Below are positions 28,005 to 41,715 of a stretch of DNA of 64,000 nt, in pieces. Below the pieces are notes generated by a model. It was not told where the DNA came from, searched no databases, and saw only the letters and a list, made by a program, of their open reading frames with translations. Source of the stretch: Bugula neritina (Eukaryota; Animalia; Bryozoa); assembly GCA_964035545.1 (NCBI GenBank), contig OZ037765.1, forward strand, positions 29,139,504 through 29,203,503. Reading direction: 5' to 3'. Position 1 is the first letter of the stretch. Every line of letters starts with the position of its first letter. A program made the translations under genes and the position numbers.

Positions 28005-28799
28005 CTAAAACCGGCACAATAATTATTAGGTAGTTTTATATTATAGATATAGACTGTGACAAACAACTTCCCTTTCTAGATAAACAACAGGTTAGAAACA
28101 AATAAATCAAACACACACTTTTTATGGAGAAAAAAGTTTGAAATACAGACAATGATATGAATCTACTGAATTGATACAACTTTTCATATGACTCAGAGAA
28201 CAATTTACAATGACTCCTCCCTCTTGGCAATGCTCCCCCCCCTCAACGCAGTAAACACAAACAATAGTCAAACAACAGACAAAACTATTTTTATTTTCTA
28301 CTTCAACTCATATTAAATCATATGTTTATGTAACTCGTAATATGCTGCCAAATGTGATAACCATGAAAGTGTAAGCATAATTTTTACTGTACTAGCTTCC
28401 AGGAATAGAAATGGTGAATTGTGAAAATATGTTTTTCTGTTAAAATCTTTGCTTAAAAATAATTAGGCTACAATAAAAATGACTACTCTCCTTAGGTTTC
28501 TCAGCAAATCTGCATTTATGATAAAAAACACAGTGAAGCTAAACAGTAACTGGTAACTATTATCAGGTTGGGGCGAAGGTGTTGCATTCAGTTGTTTATG
28601 AATTACAGCAATGCACTAATTACAATAAATATATATTAGCTAATTTGTTATTGAATATCATAATATGTAAATATAAAGTTTTACAAAGCATGGCTGAAAT
28701 TGTATTAAAGTTCCCAGAAACATCAAATTTAGTGATAAAAAGACACTGACAAGCAAGACCTGGTTCTACACTAGTATTTTTATTATAATATGCCATTCA

Positions 28800-31050
28800 A
28801 TACCAGTAGTAGTACCTGTCTGGCTGCCCATTATCCTCATTTTTAGTAGGTAATGCAGTATCAGTATGACTGTATCAGTATGAGTATGAGTAAGAGTATA
28901 AGTGACTATAACTATAACTATAAGTATGGGTATTACTCAGTCTAATAAAGTAATTGGTAATACTAATAACAATTGTCATAGCAATACTAACAGTAATAAA
29001 AAACATCAATATGAATAACAATATGGATAGTCATAGCATAACTATTAATATAAGTAGTACTATTATTAATCACTATTACTATTAGTAAATGTAATGAGTA
29101 TTACTATTACTTGTTACTCAACTTGTTAGTATTATAATTATATTTTATAATGTTAGTGCAACTGTATTTAAATTACTTCTATTACTATTAGTATTAGTTC
29201 AACAATTTATTTAACAAAATACAAATACTTATGTCAATGAATAAACTATGATTATCAAACTTAACCATTTAAATTATTTTAATTTTATTTATCATAAATA
29301 AAATAATAATGATTGATTAATATCATATTCAGCTTATAGCTATTAATAATAACTATAAGCTGAATATAATAATTAATATTATATAAATATTTATCATAAT
29401 GATTAATGATGATATTGATAATAATATAAATATTAATAATAATTACAATAAATATAATATGAAAAATTATAATAAAATCACAATGATTTATTAATATTAA
29501 TATTAGAGTATTGAGTGATTGACTATTACTATTAGAATTGCTAAATATCACTGTTGGTATTAGTATTACTATTAGTATTACTATTAGTAAATATTAGTAT
29601 TACTATTACTACTACTACTAGTTTTAGTATTACTATTACTGTATTAATGAGTATTACTATTAGTATTACTATTAGTATTAGTGTTACTATTAGTATTAGT
29701 ATTAGTATTACTATTAGTATTACAACTTAAAGTAGTCAATTTCATTTTGAATTAGTATTAGTATTACTAATCAATTTGTATTAATTATTATACTATCAGG
29801 CTTAGTCAAGTCAAGTTGGTAACAAACCTTTACTTATATTATTTTTAGCAGTTATAGTAATTGATGTGCAAAACACATGCTGTCTTATAACAATATATCA
29901 CTATAACGCTTTAAAATCAGAGTACGAATCCGAACTTTAATTCTGCTTTGCCACACCTTTCTTTTTGTGCAAGTGTGTGTACATAACTACTAATAGATAT
30001 ATTATTATAATGTTGCCGATACCCGAAGGTAAAAGGTCAATGTCAAAAGTAACCAGCAGAGCTAGTTTAGATTTTTAGATTCTCAAAAATTATACGCAGT
30101 GCCTTCATCGACCGACGACTTCATAAACAAATCTTTAGCTTGAAAACTTAAGCTATAAAACTGTAACTCCGCAGATAACCAAATAGTAGCTAAATCACTT
30201 TCACTTTGCAGGTGATATCTAGTCACTAGAGTATTCTTACAGTTTTAATTATTAATTATCGAAAGTCATAGCAGCTACACTTAGGTAGTTGTGAGTATAA
30301 TTAGATTACTTAGCCTTGCTAACATTTCAGTTTCATAAAATTGGCTTTCGAAACATAGTAAGTCAAAATGTAACAACTAACAAGTACGACTTTAGGCTAT
30401 GTTTAGTTTTACTTATAGTTATTGTGAGTTATTACTTATTAAATAAGTTATTAGGCTGCTATCAGTGTCTTACTCTTAGTCTTAGACCTTTGTAATACTA
30501 CTACTTGGTCTAGTACTAGTAGTAACAGTAGCCGTAGTAATTTAATTTAACCGTAGACATAGATAGCGGCTAAGTCAGTTAGTCACTAAGTTTAACAGTT
30601 ACACTTACACGTACAGTAATCTAAATGACTACTCAGTAATGAGTAATGCAAGTAATGCATTTAGTGATTTACTTTTACCCATACTCTTAGTAATAGTCAC
30701 TAGTCATGCGGTAGCTGTTCAAGAGTCGCCAGTCGTGCGTTATGTTTTGAATTTAATACTAATAATCGTAAACCTAAAGTTGAAGTCAAACTTGATACTC
30801 AAACTGGAGTGAAAATGTAACTCATACTAAAAAGTAAATTATTTAATCATTATCATTAATGTGAGTAAATATAACACTGTATTAGTACACTGATACCTTC
30901 TCTTATACTTAAAGCTATAGCAATAGTAATACTACTAGCGTTGGTGTTACTGTTGGTTTTAAATAGCAACACAACTTTAAAGTTAGCACTATTATATAAA
31001 ACCAATTATTAATTATAATTACTAGTATTCACACTGATTATTCATGTGTA
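28800..31050. promoter_or_regulatory. Probable bidirectional promoter region between rhophilin (-) and LIG4 (+), core about 29900-30250, flanked by periodic low-complexity tracts
   Basis: Divergent genes whose ATG-containing exons are each preceded by splice acceptors; CpG-containing central segment; (TATTAG/TATTAC)n-like tract at ~29560-29770. Confidence 0.5.
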
Positions 31051-31774
31051 TGTTGATTGTCATAAATGTCTCTGGTGTGTTACAGGAAATTACTTATTAC
31101 CAAGTTTACTGTTTTTGATAGCATTATAAGAATTATATATTTGTACAAGTTTTGTCTTATAGGTAAACTTACTTATGTTGATGTTTATATTGCTATTTTG
31201 TTTATGACTAAAAACTTAAATTATTATTGGTGTTGTTTATTAGCTAGGTTTCACTTTTTACTGCAAACAAAGTGAAAATTACAACAATGATTATGATTTT
31301 TGCTTTTAAGGGAAAATGAAATCTGCACAACTACTTTTTATAATCGATAAGAAAAAAATATTTTAGCTGGTATCTATTATTTTGGCTCAATTGGGGATAA
31401 AGAGCATATATAATTCAGATATAAAAATAATCATATGCTTTAGCAAAGTAATAGCTTTACTGTCACCAGATTCTAGAATGTTAGATATTTAAAAGCTTTT
31501 GTTACCCCGATGTTGACAATGCTTCATAGGGCTAAATTTTCACAGTATCTTTAGTTATTGAAACTTTAAAAATTGCTGTGTGCTTCAAAAAGTTACTAAG
31601 TATAGCAGATCTTCTTAATTCCTTGAAATACTTCAGTGTTTGTTGCAATATGTCTAAAAAAATGTTTATCATTAGTCTTATATAATGTATTCTTCACAGT
31701 TTATTCATTCGTACTAACCTTAATGTTTGGCACATTAAATAACGTGATGCCGTTTGTTTAATTTTAGGCTAAAA

Positions 31775-34700
31775 ATGCTGCATTCTGCTTCCAAGATACC
31801 TTTCCTGGCCTTGTGCCAGGTTTTAGAAGGAATTCAAACTAAAAAGACTGTGACTGAGAAACGTAAACTGCTTACAAAATTTGTAGAAGAATGGCGGAGC
31901 AAGTCTTTCGATCTTTCTAATGCGGTTGGTTTATATTCCAACTAAGATTAATGAGTATTTTGGTGATAAATAAGTTTAAATGCGCTGCATGATTTGTGTA
32001 TAGTCAGTATTCTGGTATCTTAATCCTGTTTGTTGTATTTGCAGGATGACAGCTTCTATCCCATGTTAAGATGCATGGTACCTCAGTTAGAAAAAATTAC
32101 TTATGGTATAAAACAGGTTAGTCTATTTTAATGTCTTTTTACTTAGAAAAACTTGTTCAACTGGATTTTTTATATGTGTTAGTATTCTTTAGCAAACTTG
32201 TCATTTATACTTCATATCAACTTGAAACAAGTTGTTGCATATTTACTAGAGCCATGACCACTGCCAATAAGTTTTGAATTTTTCAATTTGTTGAAACAAC
32301 TATTAAAAACTTTACCAACAGGATTTAATGAAGTAACATAGAGTATTCCTGAATTTATTGGCACCAATTTTTATGATTGTTCTGCTCAAGTGTGTACTGG
32401 ATTCTTGACTGCTCTGGTGTTGTTGACAGCTCCTCAAGTGTTTAAAATTTCTATTATATATAGTGAGAGGAATTATGGGTAGCTATGTGTGTAGACGTTA
32501 GATTTGTTGAAGGCGAATTTTTTCAAATTGACATTTTTGTTTGAACTTGTCGTTTTCATATTACAATGTTGAAGGGTTTATGCTATTTTAATAAAGATGG
32601 GATGGAAGGGGGGGGGGGGGGGGCTCGATCTTTTTGACTGCTAATTTACTTTTAGTAAACCCTTCACAGATAATGAGTTATTACATTTAATTGAAAAGTT
32701 GAGACAATTCTTTTTTGCCTTTTATAAGTGCATCTTTATTTTGTACCCTTTATTTCCAGCATTCGCTTGGCAGACTGTATGTAGAGGTGATGGGTTTAGG
32801 TAAAAAGAGTGAAGCTGCAACTATATTAATGAACTATAAAGATCCTACGGCCTCAAAATCAGTTAATAAGGTAACCTTATACTGTCTCATTCCTTCTTTT
32901 CATGTAAAACCTGCAGGATATTACTTTAAAGTTTATAAATCTGCCTACTTCAACAGGATTAATACTATTTACTAATTGTTATATTTAGTAATAAAGCAAA
33001 CAGTTTGTTTAGTATTGGAAATTAGTAAGCTTTTGTTTTCTCAAACGCAATCGGCAAGGCAGAATATGTCTACACAGATGAGTAATGCTTTCTGTGATAT
33101 TTTACGCAGAACTTGGGGGACTTTGCGGAGTGTGCATACAGTGTCATCAAAGACAGGTGCTCTGTCAAATCGGAGCTCTCCGTCATGCAGGTTATTGAGA
33201 AACTGAATGACCTTGCAAATGGCTACACTGGAAAAGACAAGATACTAGTCAAGTCAACCCTGGAGTTCCTCATACGCCATTTAACTGGTCTGGAAAATAA
33301 ATGGTTCATTAGGATGCTTGTAAAAGAGATGAAGCTTGGTAGGTCTACTATCATTATATGCCTTTCTTATCATTCCCCATAAACATTATGGATATGCGGC
33401 TGTTTCTAGATGTATGATTCTTTTGTTAGAATGCAAGTGTTCTTATCAGATCTGGTTGTCTTCAGGTTTGGGTCAAGACAGTATATTATCAGCTGTTCAC
33501 CCCGATGCCCCGGCTCTGTTCAATGTGGATACAAGTCTAGAAAGGGTGAGGATTCGTTACTTAGCAAGGCTGTTCACACAATTCTCTCTGGTACTCACTG
33601 CTGTTGCTAAAGCGATACTTAATCTTCTCACTACTTCTGGGTTATTATCTTAATTTTTTGTTGCTGAAAACCTGTTTATAATCTTGCAGCAAGTGATGAT
33701 ACTTGCCTCCATATACAAACTTTGCCATCACTTAGAATGAGGAGCGTTTATCGTTTAATATACTTCTATGTCTTGATTGCTGCAATCAGCTTGCCATGAA
33801 ATGGTATTCATGTTCCAGTTTTTCCCGTAAAAGTATAGCTTTGATTGCAAACTTCAGTAATTTTTAACCACAGCAGGTGATGCATGTCTTGGCAATGCTA
33901 AAGAATGTTATTATATTATAGAGTTGGTAGAGCTGAGTGTTCACTAGTAGTATTTTTACAGGTTTGTTTAAAGTTGAGAGACATAACCAAGAGGCTGCAT
34001 GAAGTGGAAGTCAGTTTATTTGCCCCTCTCAAACCCATGTTAGGAAAGCAAGCTAAGCCCAATGAGGTGAGAGTTCACTACAACTTCTAGATTGTTCTAG
34101 AAATAATGGCATTGACCAGTTTAATACAGACACCTTCAACAGCTTTACCTAAATCCCTGTATGAATATTGTATATATATACTGCAACCTGCGAAAGGTCT
34201 TTAAAAACGTACAGTGGTATCACCAACAGATGAGTAGTTGTAAGCTATACTATTGACCTAGAATATTAAATAGATCATGTTCTTTGTAAGCAAGCTGCAT
34301 AGCTCACTATTGTAGTTATTTATGCTATTTTATATAACAGGTTGAGGGGTTGTTGAACTGCCCAAACTTTATTATTGAAAGAAAGTTTGATGGTGAAAGA
34401 ATGCAGCTGCATATGGATAAAGGCGAATATAAATATTACTCCCGGAAGTAAGAGTTACTTTCCCTTGTTTTCTTAGCATGACATTCAAGTCTTAGTCTAT
34501 AAACCCATACTTTAAATGCATTCGCCGATAACCCATGTTATGAAATAATGTGTCATTAGCAACTCTATTGCTACCCTTATTTTTCATTGTATATCAGTCA
34601 AGCTTACTATAGTTTGTCAAGGTGTTTCATTAACTAGTAAACGCACAACAAAATTTTATTTTTAAATTCATTTAGTTTACGATGTAGTCTAGCACTTTCA

Positions 34701-37700
34701 AGTGAGTTAGTATGTTTATTAGCGTGCTGTATGCTGCAGTAGGTAAACATCTGCTCTGACACTGTTTCAGTGGGTATGAATACTCGTCTACGTATGGGGC
34801 TACACAGTTTGACGGTAATCTCACACCTCGACTACACGGCAGACTGAAAGGAGTGAGAAACTGTATATTAGACGGAGAGATGTGCGGGTATAACCCAGAA
34901 CTGCAGGTCTTAGGTATAACAGAGCTTTTGTTTGCTATCACATTCACTTAGGAGCAGTAGTGGAGAAATTGAGATAGCCTAAGTTCTTTAATTTTATTAT
35001 TTAATTTTGGTTTAGGACGCGGGTTGAAATTTTTGCGAGAGCATAACTTCTTTTGCTACATTTTTAATCTAGAACACAGGTTTTTCTCAATTTCTCTATT
35101 ACTGTACCAACCTCGTCACATTTGCCTTTGAATTTCTGCACTCGAATAACGATAGTTTAATAATGTTGCTAGAGTAGCTGCGTTAGGTTTACAATACAGT
35201 TCCCTGTAGTTATGTTTAGTTTGAGAAGGGTGGTGGTGTCTGACTCATTTAACTTACTGTATCTTTAGGTACTAAGGCTATGAACTTTGACATTAAGTCA
35301 GCCAACCTGACAAGCTACACTCCATGTTATGTTGTCTTTGACTTGCTCTATCTTAATGATGAGGTTCTCACCAACAAACCTCTAAGGGAACGACTCGAAA
35401 TGTTGAAAGATATTATAGACAACCAAGAAGGGTTGATATTCACCTCTTCTTATACACACGCCTCAACAAAGTAAGCTTATAGGTATCACTGCAGTACCTG
35501 AGTTGTGTCGGTGTGTGCCTCACTTTATCTAGCTTGGAGGCAGATTTAACATACTGTGTTTGCAATAATTTTTGTTGATTTGTAAGCTGGAAACCACTGT
35601 TGAAATTCAGGTCTCCTAAAATAATTTGTATAACATTTTCTGTCTGTAGTAAGCAGTGTATAGATGCATTGAACCAGGCTATAGACAGGTATGAGGAAGG
35701 TATAATGGTGAAACATCCTGGATCTGTTTACAAACCCAATTCTAGAAGTGCAGGCTGGTAAGTTTTATTATTACTTCTTTCAAGTTGTAGCAAGAAAGGA
35801 GAATTATGGGAAGGAATTTGCATCTGAATAAGAATCATTGATATGTTTTTGCTTTTGCTTCTTCAGCAATATATAAAGTTTAGATACAAGTTTCACTTAC
35901 ATATGATTGATAATTTTAATCCTTTTAAATTAGAAGTAAAAAAGTTTTTTATTTTAAATCTACTTGCTTATCTTTCTCTCATAGTTCATTTTTTTGCATT
36001 TTTGTGAAGAACAAAACATGTGGGTATATTTCAGGTATAAAATAAAACCCGAGTATGTGGATGGGCTAATGGATGAATTGGATCTGGTGATAATTGGAGG
36101 CTATTTCGGCAAAGGAAGGAGGGCCAATATCCTCTCCCACTTTCTTTGTGGAGTTTTAGATGATTCCAGTTCTACTGCTCAGTTTCATTCTATGACAAAG
36201 GTACAATAGTCTTATGACAGTAAACCTCAACACTTGATTCATGAAAATAACTTTATTTATTGGCGTGAGTTTTAATTCAATCAGGTTGAAGTTGTTTATA
36301 TTATCTTCTAAATGGTGGGCTATTTTTTCAGTGTTGTCCCCCCATGATTCCACGACCTGTTATATGCATCAGTTGATTATCCTATTATTTGATTGCTACG
36401 TTTAAAATGGAATATTGGTGTGTGGGGAATAAGGGGTATGAGGCATTGTCGAAGTTGATTAGGGAAAATATTCCTAATGTCAATAAGGCTATTTGGCTCA
36501 AAATCTTCTAGAAGTAACTGGGTTATAGAATCTCTCACATGGTTATAGATTCTGCTTGTCACCTACAGGTGGGATCTGGATACACTTTCCAGGAGCTCTT
36601 AGACTTCAACATAAAACTCAAATCTTGCTGGCAGAAAACTCAGCCATCTTGCGTGATGGTGACGAAAGAGAAGCCAGACATCTGGATTGACCCGCTCAAG
36701 TCTGCTATTGTGCAGGTTTATTTTCTCAGCTTTTTCAATCACTATTCTCTAATCAGTCCATGCAGCAGTGAGATGTATAACTATTTTAATATTGTTATGT
36801 AGATAAAAGCCACAGAAATTACGGAGAGCTCATCGTTCTATACTGGCTACTCCCTGAGATTTCCTCGAGTAGAGAAGATTCGAGATGACAAACAGCCTCT
36901 AGACTGTCTGACAGTGAAGGAGTTTCATGAGATGCGTGCTGTAAGTTGTTAAAGCGTCACTATCTGAATCAGGCTGTCACTATGACTACCAGTATGATTA
37001 TCAAAATAATCGCAATGAGAATGTCACTGAAAGTTAAGGTGAATAACCTGTTATCTTTCTTTACGCAGTGTTTTGCTGAACTTAGTTTCTGTAGTTCTTT
37101 TGGCTATTTCAACCCATCTGATAATATTTATGTTTCAAAACGTCTGTTATTACTTATCTTAATATTTTTTTATACGTGATAATGGGTATTACTGCTTGTT
37201 GATTAGTATTTTATGTTCAGAAAAGATCTGGTCAATTGACATCAGCTCTGGTGACAGAGGAGTTGCTAGATGAACCCAAGCGTAAGAAACGACTTATTGC
37301 GCCCCGGTCTGTGGCGCCTTCGCTGCCTCAGCAATTTCAGGCTGCCGACACGTCTTCTGTGACAAAAGTAAGACAACTCCTAGATGATATTATAATATGT
37401 CGTACCATTTATGTTTTTTTTTTTTGAATTGATTTAATAACATCTCCAATATATATACTTCACAATGTAGGAGTTGGATACGTTTGATAAGAAGGAGTTC
37501 TGCATTGTGCAAGGCTCAAAGAGTTATTCTAAGCAGCACCTGGAAAAAGAGATTGTTCGGTTGGGAGGCAGCATTGTACAGAATGCCAGTAAGTTATGTC
37601 TTTTCCGAAAGATTCAGTCTATGGGGTGTTGTAGCTCAACCTTTTTGTTGCATCACAATACCTACGATTTCAGCAGAACATATACATTATTTTGTTACTA

Positions 37701-39786
37701 TAAAGTTTATATGGAGGTTAGGTGATGACCTGATATAATTTTAGGTAGTGAAACCTACTGCATAGTCACTGACAAGGTTACTATTAAAATAAGGAACTAC
37801 ATGAAGGCTGAGAGATATAATATTGCGAGATTAGAATGGCTGATAAAGTGTTTAGAAGAGAATGCTCTCTTACAATGGTTTGTTTACTTAATACTTTTAT
37901 GGAATATTTGAAAAAATTTTGTTTTTGTAGTATGGGAAGTATTGCCATCACTGAGCTAATAAGATGTTATTTTTGATAGTTTGAGCAAACAGCAATCTTA
38001 CTGTGTTGAATAAACTACAGATACACAGCTTTAAGTACGTGCGGAACTCTATTTTGGGAATTGTCTACTTTTAAACATTGTTTATGTAAGGGAAATACTA
38101 TAGTGTTTCTTGACATGTAAAACAATAAATTATAAATTTATGTGATTTTGTGAAAAGTTTGTTTAGAAAAATGGAACTACTGAGAATTGGATTTGGTTAA
38201 AACCAGTTTGAAATAGCTAGTAAAGAGATTTTTGAAGTAATCAAAGCATGGTTGATGAAGCAATCAATGCTCATTTAAAGTCGCTTATCATATTTATCAT
38301 CCCATTAAAAATTGTTTTGTGTTACAAATATTAATTGTCCAGTTCTCATGGAAAAAACTTTTCTGCTTGTAAAACAAACTATATAGCAGACCTCAGCAAT
38401 ATTTTGTTAAATAAGATCTTTTTATAGATATATTTTTAAAAAGTTCTGTGACTTAGCACAGTATTTGAGATTTGGTTGCGAACTTTGTTACAAATACACA
38501 TTTACCTGGTTGTATTTCAGGACACCATCAGACATGATATACGCATCTCCTGCTCTGCAGAAAGTATTTGATGTCCGATATGATAGGTTTGGAGATGATC
38601 ATTCTACCAACACAACCACTCAACAGTTGAGGGAAATATTTAGTCTTATCCCTCAACGCAAACGGGTAATTTGTAATTTGTAACTGAATTATTTGATTAA
38701 AAACCTTACTGTTGAAAAATGTACAAAGCTCACAGCAATCGCAAAAAATATGATTTACAGAATAGACTATTTAGTGGACTTTGGCCATTAATCTGCATAT
38801 AGCATAGCTAGTTTACTTCTGTGCTACTATACCCGTATTATGTTTTTAATGTTATTTTATTAGAATATCTGTTAGTTTTCTGTTTGTTCTGCTAATTGAC
38901 TCCATCTGCAATATCTTTTGCAGACGGATCCGTTGGTAAGTCATGAAGAAATACAGGAAATAGAGGAAGATTTATCTACTCAAGAAGATTATGCGCGAGC
39001 TCTTTTTCGAAACTGTAGGTATGGTGAGACAACTTCTAATATTTTTACTTTTCAGTATTGCTGCCGCAGTTAGCATCTTACATTATCTTGTTATAATCCA
39101 TTACCTATAGATCATTGGGGGATTTTTACACTAGGTGTGTAGGAGTTCTCTCTCCTTATTTTTCAGTACAGTTTGCAAAGTTCTGATGAAATTCACCAAT
39201 AGAATCATCTTTTATTAGGAATAGTGTATTTTGGGAGATACTCTGTTAAATGTATGCAATCTCCACAGTTAATTCTCTTCAGACTATTTGATGGCGATGG
39301 TGGTGAACAATCAAGGACTACAGTGAATATTATACAATCAAAGTTCTATGGTTCAGCTGTAGCGCCTACTCTGGATGAAGCTGTAACTCACTGTATTTGT
39401 AATTCACAGTGAGTAAACTCTATGTAATTGAGCTGTGGTATTATGTTGTCAGAAGTTTTATATATTCATGCTTCGATATAAGCAGAATATGTAATAAATA
39501 ATTGATGCAGCATTTATTGCTATCCGTCACTAACTTGGCTTCAGGACTTCGAAATTTTGTACAGGTGATTTCTTTGGAAGATTACTTTGGCAATATATAA
39601 ATTTGACTGGTTTAGCTGTTGACAGAATTTTTAACATTATTTACTTTTAGAGAAAACGTGGAGGTATTGCAGAAGAAAAATAGGGAAAGAGAAAGAAAAT
39701 ATTACATTGTCTCACCCTTATGGATACAAGACAGTATAGAATCAGGCAAACTGCTTCAAGAAAGAAGTTACCCTGTGCAGACTTGA
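31775..39786 (+). CDS. LIG4: DNA ligase IV, about 20 coding exons
   Basis: Adenylation motif [15 protein letters not shown]; CILDGEM; VFDLLYLN; EEGIMVK; [28 protein letters not shown]; [15 protein letters not shown]; two C-terminal BRCT repeats with a YDRFGD linker; TGA at 39784-39786. Confidence 0.95.
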
Positions 39787-40313
39787 AGAAAGTAGATTTC
39801 CCAAGGCTGTTTTGATTCTAATTAGTAGCTTATTATCTGTGCACAACTCACAGGTAGCAGTTAGTTTAAAACTTCATTCCATATTTTCAGGTTATAAATG
39901 TAGCTCTGGCTATGACCCGGAGTTTAAACGGTTTTCATAATTTGTACTCTTCCATTTCCTGAACTTTTTTATAAGCATGTAGGATATTGTTTCAAGTTAC
40001 ATTATTTTGTTGAATAATTTTTAAATGTTTTTTAAGCCACATGTTTCACTAAAGTTAATCTGTATAGTTTATATTTCGAAAATGCTGGACATTTCAAATT
40101 CTATTTACTATAGCTCAACCCTCCGATTTAATATAATTTTAGATTTTTCCATAGTTTTACTGTTGTACAAGCAAATATTTATTGTTTTTGAGCTATTAAA
40201 TTTTAAAATTATAATAGTAAATCTAGCAGTGTTGACAAATCAATATTTTTAAAACAACCAAATTATTTATTGTATATATTAAAATTTTATTAGTTGATAA
40301 AAACTAAACACAA

Positions 40314-41715
40314 TTATAAAAACTGGAGCACCTGATCAATACTTGAGATTGTTTGACTTTGCTTGCAGCCGTTATGACTATCAGGGGATAGCAATAAAGC
40401 ATTAAGTCCAAGAGATGTGGCAGGCAAGAAGTCATTAGTGTATGAATCACCTATGTGCATAATTTGATCTCTAGGTAACTCTTTACCACCAGCTGCTTCA
40501 ATAGCTTTTAGAAATATCCTTTCATCTGGTTTACAGAAACCTGTTAAGCAAAAATAAAAATATTTGAGTTTAATATTACACATAGCGGGCACATACTATG
40601 TTCATTTGTGTTAGAATAAACTAGAATCACAATTTATTATCTGAAAATCTCAAAATAACTGTTACCAATGACTGCTTACACTAAACATTTTAAAAAGATC
40701 AATCTAAATACACTTTTTCAGGCCAAATTTTGTCTCAGAAAAAAGTCTTTACAATTTTTAAAAAATCACATTTCATAGAAGCTTAGATTAGAGCTCCATA
40801 TTTTGCCAATAAAACATGTAGCTCTAATCTAGCGCTAACAGGTTTTCCACATTACTCCAATTGCTATTTTGAAAAAGGGGACAACTTTTAACACTACAAT
40901 AATAGGTTGCACAATCATGAAAAAGACAAAATCCTCTCACCTTCTTCATTCGAGACAATAATTGCTTTCAATTCTACGGAAGAAAACAGCTCTTGCAAAA
41001 CATTGCGTATTCTTGAATCATTATTGGTTAAAACCCCAACATCTATACCTAAAACATGAAATATTATACTTATTATATACACTTCCAAGACACATAATTT
41101 TTAGAATGCAAATTTAGTAAACAAAATTAAAAAATCATTATTAATCTTTATTCTTCTAAAGCCAACACCATAACAATAAAAAACTACAATACTCACAATC
41201 CTTCCATAAAATAGTCAAACTTACATTCACAAAGCTTTCCAACTGTTTCATTAGCATTAGACATAACTTCATATGCTGCACCTGTTGAAAATCTTTCATA
41301 CAAACTATCACAGAAGTTGTTTGTTTCCTCCTTAGAAGTGTGCAATGTAAAAGGTGCTATTGTCTCCATAGTAACACATTTCCACCAATCACTCGGCTGC
41401 AACACAAACAATTGTGCATATTCAGAGATTTTCTACAATCTGCCGTTCAATGCTTGAAATCCGCAGTTATATTAAAATAATTTAGTTGTTGTTTAAAATA
41501 GAGCTTACAGGCATTTTACCATAACCAAAGTTGGGATATTGTGACCAGTGATTAGAAAACGCCATTTTAAATCTAGAGTTAATGATTTCAGTGTCAGCTA
41601 ATTTGAAATAATTCAATTGCATGTCATTAGCCAGTTGCCTGTATACTCCTCCGACTCCACCTTTGACTTTTATTATAGTGTTTGTGACATCCAGCAAAAC
41701 CAGCTTTGTCGCCAT
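40314..41715 (-). CDS. HDHD3: HAD-like hydrolase domain-containing protein 3, 4 coding exons
   Basis: LLDVTNTII (motif I), YPNFG, WW, GVLTNNDSRI, KPDERIF, HIGDSYTNDF; exons ~41509-41715, ~41224-41397, ~40941-41048, 40314-40539. Confidence 0.85.

Noticed and set aside
29285-29551. Ile/Asn-rich 88-aa ORF and similar ORFs at 57468-58002
   Set aside because: Translations of low-complexity AT-rich periodic tracts.
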